Shown: piece after piece, positions 1 to 8,883 of the stretch
Numbering within the stretch: the stretch's first letter is position 1
Layout of the letters: each line of letters opens with the position of its first letter
From: Terriglobia bacterium
Lineage (GTDB): Bacteria > Acidobacteriota > Terriglobia > 2-12-FULL-54-10
NCBI GenBank assembly: GCA_963666975.2
Contig: CAXVYR010000004.1
Span: 288,001-352,000, forward strand
Reading direction: 5' to 3'
DNA: 64,000 nt
Translations under genes and position numbers: made by a program
The notes under the pieces: generated by a model
Database searches by the model: none
What the model saw: only the letters and a program-made list of their open reading frames with translations
Told to the model about the DNA's origin: nothing

Positions 1-2269
1 TGGAGTCAGTCACATTCTCCAGGGACAAAAACAAGCGGGCCGAATCCCCCAGGCTGTGGGAGAGATGAGCATCCATCTGAAAATACCGGTCCAGCACCAA
101 GCTGTTCAAATCATCATCAAACTGATCGCCGACGAAACGGCCCGTCACGACAAGGCGAACGGCGCGGGGAAGCGAAAACCCTGCATTAAACGTGACGCGG
201 TGCTGCGGGACCTGCGACAGTTGCTTACCTACTATCGCGGACCCTTCCGTGAACTCCGTCACGCGCGTCCGGTCCCAGAGGTAGTGCCCTTCGAGCTTCA
301 CCTCCGGAATCGGCTGCCATGTCGCGGTCGCCTGCAACCCGTGAATTCTGGCACTGCCGAGATTCTGCCGCTGCCGCGTAATCAGAGCCGGGGTAACTTC
401 CAGCGTGACGTTTGAGACAGGATCAGTCAGGAGGTTGGCAAAGCCCGCCAAGCCCAGACTCAACTTTTGCGATACATAAAAACGCACGCCGGCTTCGCCG
501 CCCGTGTTGTGCTCGGGCTCCAACTGGGTGTTGGGATTGGTATTCACGTTGCCGACTCGAAACTGCCGGTAGAGTTCGTTCAAAGTGGGCGCGCGAAACG
601 AGCGGTAGACGGAACCGTACAGGTTCAACCGGGAATTGAGTTGGTATGTCAATCCCGCGCGGGGACTAAAAACCGCCTTGGTCCTTCCCTCCACCGGCGG
701 AGCCTGCCGAGGAGCATCGGGGGAGATGCTCCCGCGAAAGCCGTCGAAGTTCTTCCAGAAATCCAGGCGGCCGCCCAGCACGAGAGCGGCCCGGGAGGAA
801 ATGGCGTAGTTCTCTTCCGCAAAGAATCCTACGGTCGCCTGTTTCCCCCCTCCCAAACGGATCAGCCCCAGCCGCCCACTTCCGAAGAAAACGGCATCGG
901 TGCTTTGGCCGCTGACCAGCCATAAATCCAAGCCAGTCACAATCCGGTGACGGCCACGGGTCGCGTACCATAACAAGGACGCCCCGCCATCAGCCGACGG
1001 CACGTGTTGCTGCACCACCCGGCGCTCCGAATTCCGGTCAGCGGCTACGGCTGAAAAATCACTGGCAAAGATAGTCCGGCGAAAAAAGGTCCGCGCCTCC
1101 AGGCGGTCGCTCGGCGAGAGGGACCCCTGAACGCTGGTGGAAAAATCGTAGGAAAAAGTATCGTTCTGTTGCACCGGCGTCCCGTTATCTCTATTCTCGT
1201 TCAGAAATCCTCCGTCCAAGGTCCATATCCAAGAGCTTGCGGCAGGAGCCCGTTCCACAGAGAAGCGCGCCGCCTGATGCCGGGAAGCGGCGGCAATATC
1301 GACTGCTCCTCGCTGGGACTCTGTGACGATGGGGTATCCGTCAAAATCGAAAAACGAGCCCGCCACCGAAAATCCCCACGGGCCGATCCGGTGCGAGCCA
1401 TAGAGGTCCCCATGCAGCGACTCCCGGCTCCCTCCCTGCCCCTGAAATTCGAAGGTCGCCGGCTCCGGAATTCTCTTGAGCAGTTGCAGAACCCCTCCCA
1501 GCGCATAATTGCCGTAGAGCGTCGATCCGCCGCCGTTGGCCAGCTCCGCCTGTTGGATGCTCAACAAGGGAATGCGATCCCAGTAAACCCATCCCCCGAA
1601 GGCGTCGTTCATCGGCACCCCGTCCACCAATACCAGGGACCGGCTCACCCCGCTGGGGCCGATGCCACGCAACGAGAAGCCCTGCGTAGTGGGGTGTGTC
1701 ACCAGACTGCTCGAGCGGCGAAACAGGGCAAACTCCGGAAAGGCGCGCAAGCGGTCGTCGAGCGCCTGGTAGGGCATCTCCCGAAGGTCCTCACCGGTCA
1801 AGACCTTCACATCGGAGATGGCAGCGCCCACGGGCACGGGAATGCGGCCAGCCGTCACGGTGACCGTCTCGTTCAGCGTTTCCAAAGGAACGGTCAATTC
1901 CATCCTCTCGTTCGGCGCGCTCGAAACAGTGACTTCCTGAACTGCGGGAAGATACGGGGCTAAGACAACCTCCAATTGATAGTCACCTGCAGGCAAATTC
2001 TCGAAGACAAATTCACCTTCGCGGTCGCTTGTGGCAACCTGCACCTGCCGCTGCTGCTGAAGCAGCCTAACCTCAGCGCCTGCCAGCAAGCCTCTCGGCC
2101 CTTCCACTCTTCCATGGATTGACGCAGCCAGGCCGGAGACCATGTGCAAAAATAAAATCTGGATCAGAAGAACGGAAAATTCCTGGAAGAGCCTTGCCGT
2201 TCGAGTCAAATGAAATCGCAGGGGATCAGGCGGGACAATTCTATGCAAGAAAGCATCCTCCTCATTCAT
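1..2269 (-). CDS. TonB-dependent receptor with N-terminal carboxypeptidase-regulatory-like domain (3' end runs off window)
   Basis: Manual translation of parts of the minus strand: ...SDREGEFVFENLPAGDYQL...ETVTVTAGR...HPTTQGFSLRGIGPSGVSRSLVLVDGVPMNDAFGGWVYW (plug domain); ...LFLSLENVTDS at window edge in the same frame. Absent from ORF track, consistent with no stop in window. Start could be TTG at 2248. Confidence 0.88.
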   Translation of the reverse strand, partial: MNEEDAFLHRIVPPDPLRFHLTRTARLFQEFSVLLIQILFLHMVSGLAASIHGRVEGPRGLLAGAEVRLLQQQRQVQVATSDREGEFVFENLPAGDYQLEVVLAPYLPAVQEVTVSSAPNERMELTVPLETLNETVTVTAGRIPVPVGAAISDVKVLTGEDLREMPYQALDDRLRAFPEFALFRRSSSLVTHPTTQGFSLRGIGPSGVSRSLVLVDGVPMNDAFGGWVYWDRIPLLSIQQAELANGGGSTLYGNYALGGVLQLLKRIPEPATFEFQGQGGSRESLHGDLYGSHRIGPWGFSVAGSFFDFDGYPIVTESQRGAVDIAAASRHQAARFSVERAPAASSWIWTLDGGFLNENRDNGTPVQQNDTFSYDFSTSVQGSLSPSDRLEARTFFRRTIFASDFSAVAADRNSERRVVQQHVPSADGGASLLWYATRGRHRIVTGLDLWLVSGQSTDAVFFGSGRLGLIRLGGGKQATVGFFAEENYAISSRAALVLGGRLDFWKNFDGFRGSISPDAPRQAPPVEGRTKAVFSPRAGLTYQLNSRLNLYGSVYRSFRAPTLNELYRQFRVGNVNTNPNTQLEPEHNTGGEAGVRFYVSQKLSLGLAGFANLLTDPVSNVTLEVTPALITRQRQNLGSARIHGLQATATWQPIPEVKLEGHYLWDRTRVTEFTEGSAIVGKQLSQVPQHRVTFNAGFSLPRAVRLVVTGRFVGDQFDDDLNSLVLDRYFQMDAHLSHSLGDSARLFLSLENVTDS

Positions 2270-2456
2270 AGTACAGGCAGCTTTTCGCTTCCGTAGAATC
2301 ATAAGCCAGCAGACCCTCCCTGTCCATTTCTGATCGCAAGGCTGAGGAGGGATTTACGGGCCGGTGTCCGTCCGAAGAGAATGCTATAATTAAAGAAGAA
2401 CAGCCGAAAGCACGCTTGGCATATTCAAAGCCGCACGGCTGCTGCTGGGGCGCCGG

Positions 2457-3686
2457 ATGAAACTCTACTTTGACCACAATGCCACCACGCCGGTGGCGCC
2501 GGAAGTCCTGGAGGCCATGCTGCCGTTTCTTCGCGCGGAGTACGGCAACGCCTCCAGCATTCATCGCTTCGGCCAGCGAGCGCGAGCCGCCGTGGAACAT
2601 GCGCGGGCCCAGGTGGCGGCGCTGATCGGCTGCGAGGCGGCGGAGATTGTTTTTACCAGCGGCGGAACGGAATCGGATAATCTGGCGATCCAGGGCGCAG
2701 TGCGGGCCAGCATGCTCCCCCGCAAGCACGTCATCACCTCGGCCATCGAGCATCCTGCCGTCCTGACCACCTGCCATGCGATGGAAAGAGAAAGCAACGG
2801 AGTCGCGGTCACTTACTTGCCGGTGGATTCCCAAGGACGCGTCGACCCGGAACAGGTGCGGCGCGAGTTGCGCCCGGAGACGGTTCTCGTCACGGTCATG
2901 CACGCCAACAATGAAATCGGCGCGGTCGAGCCTTTGGCGGAGATCGCCTCGATTGCCCGGCAGGCGGGCGTTCTGTTGCACACCGATGCAGTCCAAAGCA
3001 CGGGCAAGATTCCCGTTGATGTAAAGCGACTGGGAGCCGACCTGCTCTCGCTCAGCGCGCACAAATTTTACGGACCCAAGGGCATTGGAGCCCTGTTCAT
3101 CCGCAAGGGCCTCTCCCTGAGCCCGCTGTTTTTTGGAGGACACCGCATGGGGGAACCGCGCCCCGGCACGGAAAACGTGGCCTCTATCGCGGGGCTCGGG
3201 GCCGCCGCACAGCTTGCCGCCGGTAACCTGGAAACGGAGGCTCGGCGATTGAGCGCCCTGCGCGACCGGATGGAAAAGGGAATTTTAGAACGGGTGTCAG
3301 ACGCTGGAATCAATGGCCCTGCGACGGGAATGCAGGGCGGTGAGTTTCTCCGTGTGCCGAACACCAGCAATCTTTATTTTGACTATATCGAAGGGGAATC
3401 GCTGGTAATTGCCCTGGACCTGCAAGGGGTCGCCTGCTCGACCGGGGCGGCCTGTTCTTCGGGAGCCATCGAGCCTTCGCATGTGCTCACTGCGATTGGC
3501 GTGCCTGCCCTGCGCGCCCGCGGCAGTTTGCGTCTCAGCCTGGGAAGGCAAAACACGGAGGAGGAAGTGAAGCAACTGCTGGAGGCGATTCCTGCTGTGG
3601 TGGAGCGTCTGCGCGCGCTCTCCCCCCAAGTTCCAGACGAGAAGAAGGCCCCGGCTGAGAAGGCGGTCCCGGCCCGCAAGGGCTGA
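2457..3686 (+). CDS. iscS: Cysteine desulfurase (IscS/NifS family)
   Basis: YFDHNATT, FTSGGTESDN, SAHKFYGPKG (PLP Lys), STGAACSSG (catalytic Cys). Confidence 0.93.
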   Translation: MKLYFDHNATTPVAPEVLEAMLPFLRAEYGNASSIHRFGQRARAAVEHARAQVAALIGCEAAEIVFTSGGTESDNLAIQGAVRASMLPRKHVITSAIEHPAVLTTCHAMERESNGVAVTYLPVDSQGRVDPEQVRRELRPETVLVTVMHANNEIGAVEPLAEIASIARQAGVLLHTDAVQSTGKIPVDVKRLGADLLSLSAHKFYGPKGIGALFIRKGLSLSPLFFGGHRMGEPRPGTENVASIAGLGAAAQLAAGNLETEARRLSALRDRMEKGILERVSDAGINGPATGMQGGEFLRVPNTSNLYFDYIEGESLVIALDLQGVACSTGAACSSGAIEPSHVLTAIGVPALRARGSLRLSLGRQNTEEEVKQLLEAIPAVVERLRALSPQVPDEKKAPAEKAVPARKG

Positions 3687-3704
3687 GCGATTAACTAATA
3701 TTTT

Positions 3705-4889
3705 ATGTCTTCCGAAGCTACACGTCTGCTGACCGGCAAGGAGCGCCGGATAACCGTCTCGCCGGAAAGAAAGAATCCGACGGTTGTCGTCGGTATGAGC
3801 GGAGGTGTGGACAGCTCCACCGCCGCGGCGGTCTTGCTCTCCCGCGACTATCCGGTGGTTGGATTGACCATGCAGCTCTGGGACCAGCGGCGTCTGGCCG
3901 AGGTGGACCCTTCCCTTCCCCAATCCGCAGAAGGCCGCTGCTGCTCTTTGAACGACGTCTATGACGCGCGCCGCGTCGCCGAGCAGCTGGACATCCCGTA
4001 TTACGTGGTGAACTTCCAAAAGCAGTTCGAGAAGGCGGTCGTGCAGCCCTTCGTCTCCGAGTACATGGAAGGCCGCACCCCTATCCCGTGCACGCTTTGC
4101 AATAACCACGTCAAGTTTGATCAGTTGCTGGTCACCGCCCGGCAGATCGGAGCCGAACTGCTGGCGACCGGGCATTATGCACGCGTCGAGTTTGACGCGG
4201 CACGGGAACGTTACCTGCTGCGAAGAGCCGTGGATGAGACCAAGGACCAATCCTATTTTCTCTTCGGGCTTACACAGGAGCAGTTGAGCCGCACGCTGTT
4301 TCCCCTGGGCTCCTTGCGCAAGCAGCAGGTCAGGCAGTTGGCCACCGAGCACCATCTGCCGGTAGCCGGGAAGCCGGAGAGCCAGGAGATTTGTTTTGTG
4401 CCGGGCGGAGACTACACACGGTTCCTGGAAGCATACCAGCGCGAGCAAGGAACCCCGCTTTCGCAAATAGACGGAGAAATCACCTCCACCGACGGGAAGG
4501 TGCTGGGCCGCCACAGCGGTCTGCACCAGTTCACCGTGGGTCAGCGCAAGGGACTGGGCCTGGCCACGGGCAGCCCGCTCTATGTGCTCTCCCTCGACAC
4601 TGCCAATCGGAGGGTGGTGGTCGGAGAAGACCGGGAACTGCTCACCGAGACATGCCTCGTGCGGGATTGCAATTGGATCGCCGTGGAGATGCCAACAGCC
4701 GGGCTGCGCGTGGAGACGAAAATCCGTCACCAGCACACCCCTGCCCCGGCCACGCTGTACCCGGAAGGAGACACCGTGCGGGTGCAGTTCGACGTCCCGC
4801 AGAGAGCCGTCACACCGGGCCAAGCGGCTGTGTTTTATCAGGATGATCTGGTAATCGGCGGCGGGTGGATTATGGATCGGACGGATTAA
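3705..4889 (+). CDS. mnmA: tRNA 2-thiouridine(34) synthase
   Basis: SGGVDS PP-loop, TPIPCTLCN, ATGHY, KDQSYFL, ESQEICF, TPGQAAVFY; adjacent to desulfurase. Confidence 0.96.
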   Translation: MSSEATRLLTGKERRITVSPERKNPTVVVGMSGGVDSSTAAAVLLSRDYPVVGLTMQLWDQRRLAEVDPSLPQSAEGRCCSLNDVYDARRVAEQLDIPYYVVNFQKQFEKAVVQPFVSEYMEGRTPIPCTLCNNHVKFDQLLVTARQIGAELLATGHYARVEFDAARERYLLRRAVDETKDQSYFLFGLTQEQLSRTLFPLGSLRKQQVRQLATEHHLPVAGKPESQEICFVPGGDYTRFLEAYQREQGTPLSQIDGEITSTDGKVLGRHSGLHQFTVGQRKGLGLATGSPLYVLSLDTANRRVVVGEDRELLTETCLVRDCNWIAVEMPTAGLRVETKIRHQHTPAPATLYPEGDTVRVQFDVPQRAVTPGQAAVFYQDDLVIGGGWIMDRTD

Positions 4890-4898
4890 TATTTGAAG

Positions 4899-5699
4899 TT
4901 AAGCGGGTTGTGCCCAGGAACCCAGAAGATAATTCCCCGCAGTCTCAGAAAATTCAAATCCTGTGACTACTAGCCCATCCGTGAACGCCTGCTGGAATTG
5001 GCGGCGCAGATCCGGCTGAATCGTCGCTGCCGAGCTACTCTCCTCGCCGCCACTTTTGCCAACTCCAATCGGTACGGCGATCCTGCGTTCGGGCGGGTTG
5101 CGGGGTTCGGTTTCCCCCTCAACTCGCGCGGTCACTTGCGGCGACTCAAGCCACCACTCCGCCACCAGCCGGTCCGTCGGAATCCCCCTGTGCAAGGGAC
5201 TGGAACTAATGCCGTAATGATTGATCAGGTAGCGCCGCGCGATGGCGCCTAGCCGTTCCAGGTTGAGGTGGGCGTTGTACAGCTCCAAAGGGTCGAAGGT
5301 CCATTCGATCAAACCAATCCCTCTTGACAGAGCCTCTCTGCGCTGCTCAAGCTTCAAGCGCCGTCCGAGCCCCTGCCTGCGAAATTCGGGCAGCACCCCG
5401 AGCATATGCGAGTGCAGATAGACCGCAGAACCCTTCAGCGCGGGCACTGCCAGACAAAAGCCCGCCATCCGCCCCGAAGGGTCGAAGCCGCCGAAAATCT
5501 GGCCTTCGATCTTGCTCGCGACCACAAAGAACCGCAGCGGCACCAGGTCTTTGTCTTCAAATCCCCATACGGACTGCTGCACGGCCACGCATTGACCGAA
5601 ATCATCCAGCGATTCGCAGCGCCGAATTATCAATTCAACGCCCAATTCAGGAAGGTGTCCCAAACTCAGTTGCAGGTTGGGACGGCGGGTTGAGTTCAT
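4899..5699 (-). CDS. GNAT-family acetyltransferase whose N-terminus now derives from the IS256 end
   Basis: HSHMLGVLPEFRRQGLGRRLK acetyl-CoA motif, WTFDPL, PTDRLVAEW; first 16 codons lie inside the IS. Confidence 0.8.
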   Translation of the reverse strand: MNSTRRPNLQLSLGHLPELGVELIIRRCESLDDFGQCVAVQQSVWGFEDKDLVPLRFFVVASKIEGQIFGGFDPSGRMAGFCLAVPALKGSAVYLHSHMLGVLPEFRRQGLGRRLKLEQRREALSRGIGLIEWTFDPLELYNAHLNLERLGAIARRYLINHYGISSSPLHRGIPTDRLVAEWWLESPQVTARVEGETEPRNPPERRIAVPIGVGKSGGEESSSAATIQPDLRRQFQQAFTDGLVVTGFEFSETAGNYLLGSWAQPA

Positions 5700-7099
5700 A
5701 TTACGCCACTTTCTCCTTGTGAGAGGAAGCAGCGTTTGGACTTCGGCCGAGAATCGATGCCAAAGCCCAGAGATCGTGATAACCCATGATCTTCCGGAAA
5801 TTCTTCTCGGTCAGCAGAAACGCTCCTGCCACCCAGCGCAACGTCATCTCGCCGTCGCGCCAGCGGCAAACATTGCCAGTCTTTTTCCGCACGCCCGACT
5901 GCGGGCTCTCGATGAGGTTCGTGGTTGCCAGGCAGCGGTGGAGGCTGGGAGGAACGTCGGCTCGATTGATCGTAAAGGTCTCCTCCAACCCTTCGCGCAA
6001 GCTGGCGGCTGCTGCCGGATGATCGCACTCGATCATCCCAGCGAGCTTTTTTATGCGCACGATGCCTTCCTCGGCTTGGGGCAATCGCCAGGCGGCGCGC
6101 ATCAGCGACCGCACCTGATTCGCCAGCATTTTGTCGCCCTTTGGTAACCGCTCAGCCACGTTGCGCAGCTTATGAGTACGGCAACGCTGCACCAGCTGAT
6201 TGCTGCCGAATACTTCCTCGATCCCCGCGCGGAGCGCTTTGGCGCCGTCGATCACAAACAGATAGCGCTGATCCGTGCGCAAACCTTGCTGGCGCAGGCG
6301 GGTGAGAAGGTCTTTCACCGCAGCGGCGTTTTCGGTCGCGCCCAGTTGAATCCCCAGCACATGCTTGCGGCCCTCGATGTCCACGCCCACGGCGCTGATG
6401 ACGTGGTGGGAGCCGAACCGCATTCCGTCCAGGTAAATCACCAGAATCTCGACCTCCTCCCAGCGCCGCGCCAACAGTTCTTCCAGCCGCCGCGCTCCTT
6501 GCTCGGCCGCTTCCCGGCTCACCTGAGACTTCGACACCCCAGCGCTGTTGGCCATCTCCGGGATCACCTCGCGGTAGTTCCGCGTCGAAACCCCTTTCAA
6601 CAGTGCCACGAACATCTCCTCGCCCGTCTTCTCGCTTTTCCGCAGTGCTTCGTAGGCCGGCACCGCTTCTTCCCCTCCGCCCTTCCGGCGCAGCCGGGGC
6701 CGCTCCACCCGCAGCTGGCGATCGGCCAGTTTCACCCTCCCCAATTGCCGGCCATGCCAGCGCACCTCTCCGCTCGCCTTCCCGGGACTCTTTGGCCCCG
6801 CGATTTGCTCTGCGCTCATGCTCAGAATCGTTTCAATCAAACCTCGCCCGGCCCGATCAATCACCTCATCCACCGCCAGACGCGCCTCCGTGATCAGATC
6901 CACCACCGGCAACAGCATCTGTCCGTTGGTTTGGCAAAACTTCTGGATGGTTTCTTCGGCTCCCTTGGAACCCAGTTCCAAAACGTGATATTTTCCCTTC
7001 ATTCGGCGGTTCTCCTTCTATAGGATTTAGGCTTGGCCCGATTCTATTCGATTCGGGCCGAACCGCCGTTCAACCTTCAACTATGTATGGGACACCCTC
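5651..7099 (-). mobile_element. IS256-family insertion sequence, complete
   Basis: Imperfect terminal inverted repeats GAAGGTGTCCCAAACTCAGTTGCAGGTT / GAGGGTGTCCCATACATAGTTGAAGGTT(rc); 8-bp target duplication CAATTCAG at 5643-5650 and 7100-7107. Confidence 0.93.
5701..7002 (-). CDS. IS256-family (Mutator-type DDE) transposase
   Basis: GVSTR, IYLDG, VIDGAKAL, QRCRTHKLRN, TTNLIES motifs. Confidence 0.95.
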   Translation of the reverse strand: MKGKYHVLELGSKGAEETIQKFCQTNGQMLLPVVDLITEARLAVDEVIDRAGRGLIETILSMSAEQIAGPKSPGKASGEVRWHGRQLGRVKLADRQLRVERPRLRRKGGGEEAVPAYEALRKSEKTGEEMFVALLKGVSTRNYREVIPEMANSAGVSKSQVSREAAEQGARRLEELLARRWEEVEILVIYLDGMRFGSHHVISAVGVDIEGRKHVLGIQLGATENAAAVKDLLTRLRQQGLRTDQRYLFVIDGAKALRAGIEEVFGSNQLVQRCRTHKLRNVAERLPKGDKMLANQVRSLMRAAWRLPQAEEGIVRIKKLAGMIECDHPAAAASLREGLEETFTINRADVPPSLHRCLATTNLIESPQSGVRKKTGNVCRWRDGEMTLRWVAGAFLLTEKNFRKIMGYHDLWALASILGRSPNAASSHKEKVA

Positions 7100-7147
7100 C
7101 AATTCAGCGTCCAATTCAATGCCGAGTTCGGTTTCACTTCTCTTCAC
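7100..7147 (-). pseudogene. Original 5' end of the GNAT gene, detached by IS256
   Basis: GTG right after the mazG stop gives (V/M)KRSETELGIELDAEL, which joins in frame to GVELIIRRCES when the IS and one target copy are removed. Confidence 0.7.
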
Positions 7148-7149
7148 TG

Positions 7150-8040
7150 TCAACGGCCAACTGGCTCTTCTGCTTCCTTGGCACGCTCCCAGAGCGCATC
7201 CATCTGTTCGAGCGTCGCTTCCCGGGGCAAAGCGCCATTTTTTTTCAACTCGGCCTCCATCCATTGGAAGCGGCGGCGGAACTTTCGGTTCGTTCTCCGC
7301 AGGGCGCTCTCCGGATCGACCTTGAGAAAACGTGCTACGTTCACTGCCGTAAACAGCAGGTCTCCCACCTCTTCTTCCACTCTCACCCTAGCAGGAGCAC
7401 CGGGAGGCTTTTTCTTTCCGGAACCCTTCTCTTCTTCTTTCTCCTTCTCCGCTGCTTTCTCCAACTCCGCCGTAACCGCACGGAGTTCCCCCATCTCCTC
7501 CTGCAGCTTGTCCAGCAGGTCCTCCAACCGCCTCCAATCGAAGCCGACATGCGCCGCGCAGGAACTCAACTGCTGCGCTTCCATCAAGGAAGGAATGCGC
7601 GAAGAAACCCCGTCAAGCTGCGACTCCGGCGGGCGGTAGGATTGCCCTTGTTCCTCCGCTCTCTTCCGTTTTTCCTCGGCCTTCAAAACTTCCCATTTCC
7701 GAAGCACATCGGCCGACGTTGCTGCCCGCGCATCCCCGAACACGTGCGGGTGGCGGCGAACCATCTTGGTATGAACTCGTTCAATAACGTCTTCGATCGT
7801 AAAGCGCCGGTCTTCGGAAGCCATTTGGGCAAAAAAGACAATCTGCAGCATCAGATCGCCCAACTCGCCGGCCAGCTCGTCCCAATCCCGATTGTCAATG
7901 GCATCCACCACCTCGTAGGTCTCTTCGAGAAGAAAGGGCTTGATCGTGTCGTAGGTCTGTTCGCGGTCCCAGGGACAGCCGCCGGGGCCGCGGAGTTGCG
8001 CCATCAGTTCAACTAATTTTGGAAACAGAGTATCTGCCAT
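7150..8040 (-). CDS. mazG: Nucleoside triphosphate pyrophosphohydrolase MazG
   Basis: GCPWDREQT, EETYEVVDAI, ELGDL, RRHPHVF, second domain EEEVGDLLF. Confidence 0.95.
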   Translation of the reverse strand: MADTLFPKLVELMAQLRGPGGCPWDREQTYDTIKPFLLEETYEVVDAIDNRDWDELAGELGDLMLQIVFFAQMASEDRRFTIEDVIERVHTKMVRRHPHVFGDARAATSADVLRKWEVLKAEEKRKRAEEQGQSYRPPESQLDGVSSRIPSLMEAQQLSSCAAHVGFDWRRLEDLLDKLQEEMGELRAVTAELEKAAEKEKEEEKGSGKKKPPGAPARVRVEEEVGDLLFTAVNVARFLKVDPESALRRTNRKFRRRFQWMEAELKKNGALPREATLEQMDALWERAKEAEEPVGR

Positions 8041-8109
8041 CGTGAAGCTTGAAAACCTCCTGTGCTTCCCTCTCGTCTCCGTCTGGCTTCTCGTCTCGGT
8101 CTGGCGTCG

Positions 8110-8859
8110 TCAAGCACCCGCACCGGCTGGAGATGCAGCAGCTAGAAAGGCCTCCACAGACCGGTTGAAGCTTTCTTCTTGCTCCACCATCGGGTAGTGA
8201 CCGCTGGGAGTCAGGATTTCCAGCCGCGCCCCGGCGATCCCCTTTGTCATAAACTCGGCAAACTTCTGCGGCGCCATGCGGTCTTCGCTTCCGCCGACTA
8301 CCAAAACGGGAGTTCGGATCTCCGGCAGACGAGCCATTACGTCAAAATTATTATTCGCCTGAAAATCCGCATAGGTAGCTTGCGCGCTGGCTTGTCCGGT
8401 CCGTTCCCGAACCCATTGAACCACCGCCGGTGGCATGGACGGGTGAACCATCTGCTCGACCGCGATGATGTGCGTGGCGGATGGAATTTGGTTTCCATGA
8501 GCTTCGGCGGTCTGCCGCGCCTGCTCCAAAAATTCCGGGCGCATCTTCATCCGTGCCCCGGTAGCCACCAAGACTAATCCCTGCACGCGGTCCGGATGAT
8601 CGAGCGCCAGGATCAAGGCCACCGCTCCTCCCATGGAGTGGCCGGCGATCACCGCGCGTGACACCCCTTGCTGATCCATGATGCGGCAAACTTCCGCCGC
8701 GTTGTTTTCATGGCGGTCCATTCCCGCCTCACTGGTCCGGGCCCCGTGTCCGGGCAGATCGATGGCCAGCACACGGTGTGTTTTGGCAAAATACTCCCTC
8801 TGCTTCTCCCAAACGGCGGCGCTGTCGCCCGCTCCGTGAATCAGGACCAAATCTGCCAT
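8110..8859 (-). CDS. Alpha/beta-fold hydrolase
   Basis: LIHGAG, DLPGHG, GHSMGG nucleophile elbow, GSEDRM, GHYPMVE. Confidence 0.92.
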   Translation of the reverse strand: MADLVLIHGAGDSAAVWEKQREYFAKTHRVLAIDLPGHGARTSEAGMDRHENNAAEVCRIMDQQGVSRAVIAGHSMGGAVALILALDHPDRVQGLVLVATGARMKMRPEFLEQARQTAEAHGNQIPSATHIIAVEQMVHPSMPPAVVQWVRERTGQASAQATYADFQANNNFDVMARLPEIRTPVLVVGGSEDRMAPQKFAEFMTKGIAGARLEILTPSGHYPMVEQEESFNRSVEAFLAAASPAGAGA

Positions 8860-8883
8860 CTCTCACCTCTTTTTTCCCTTTGG

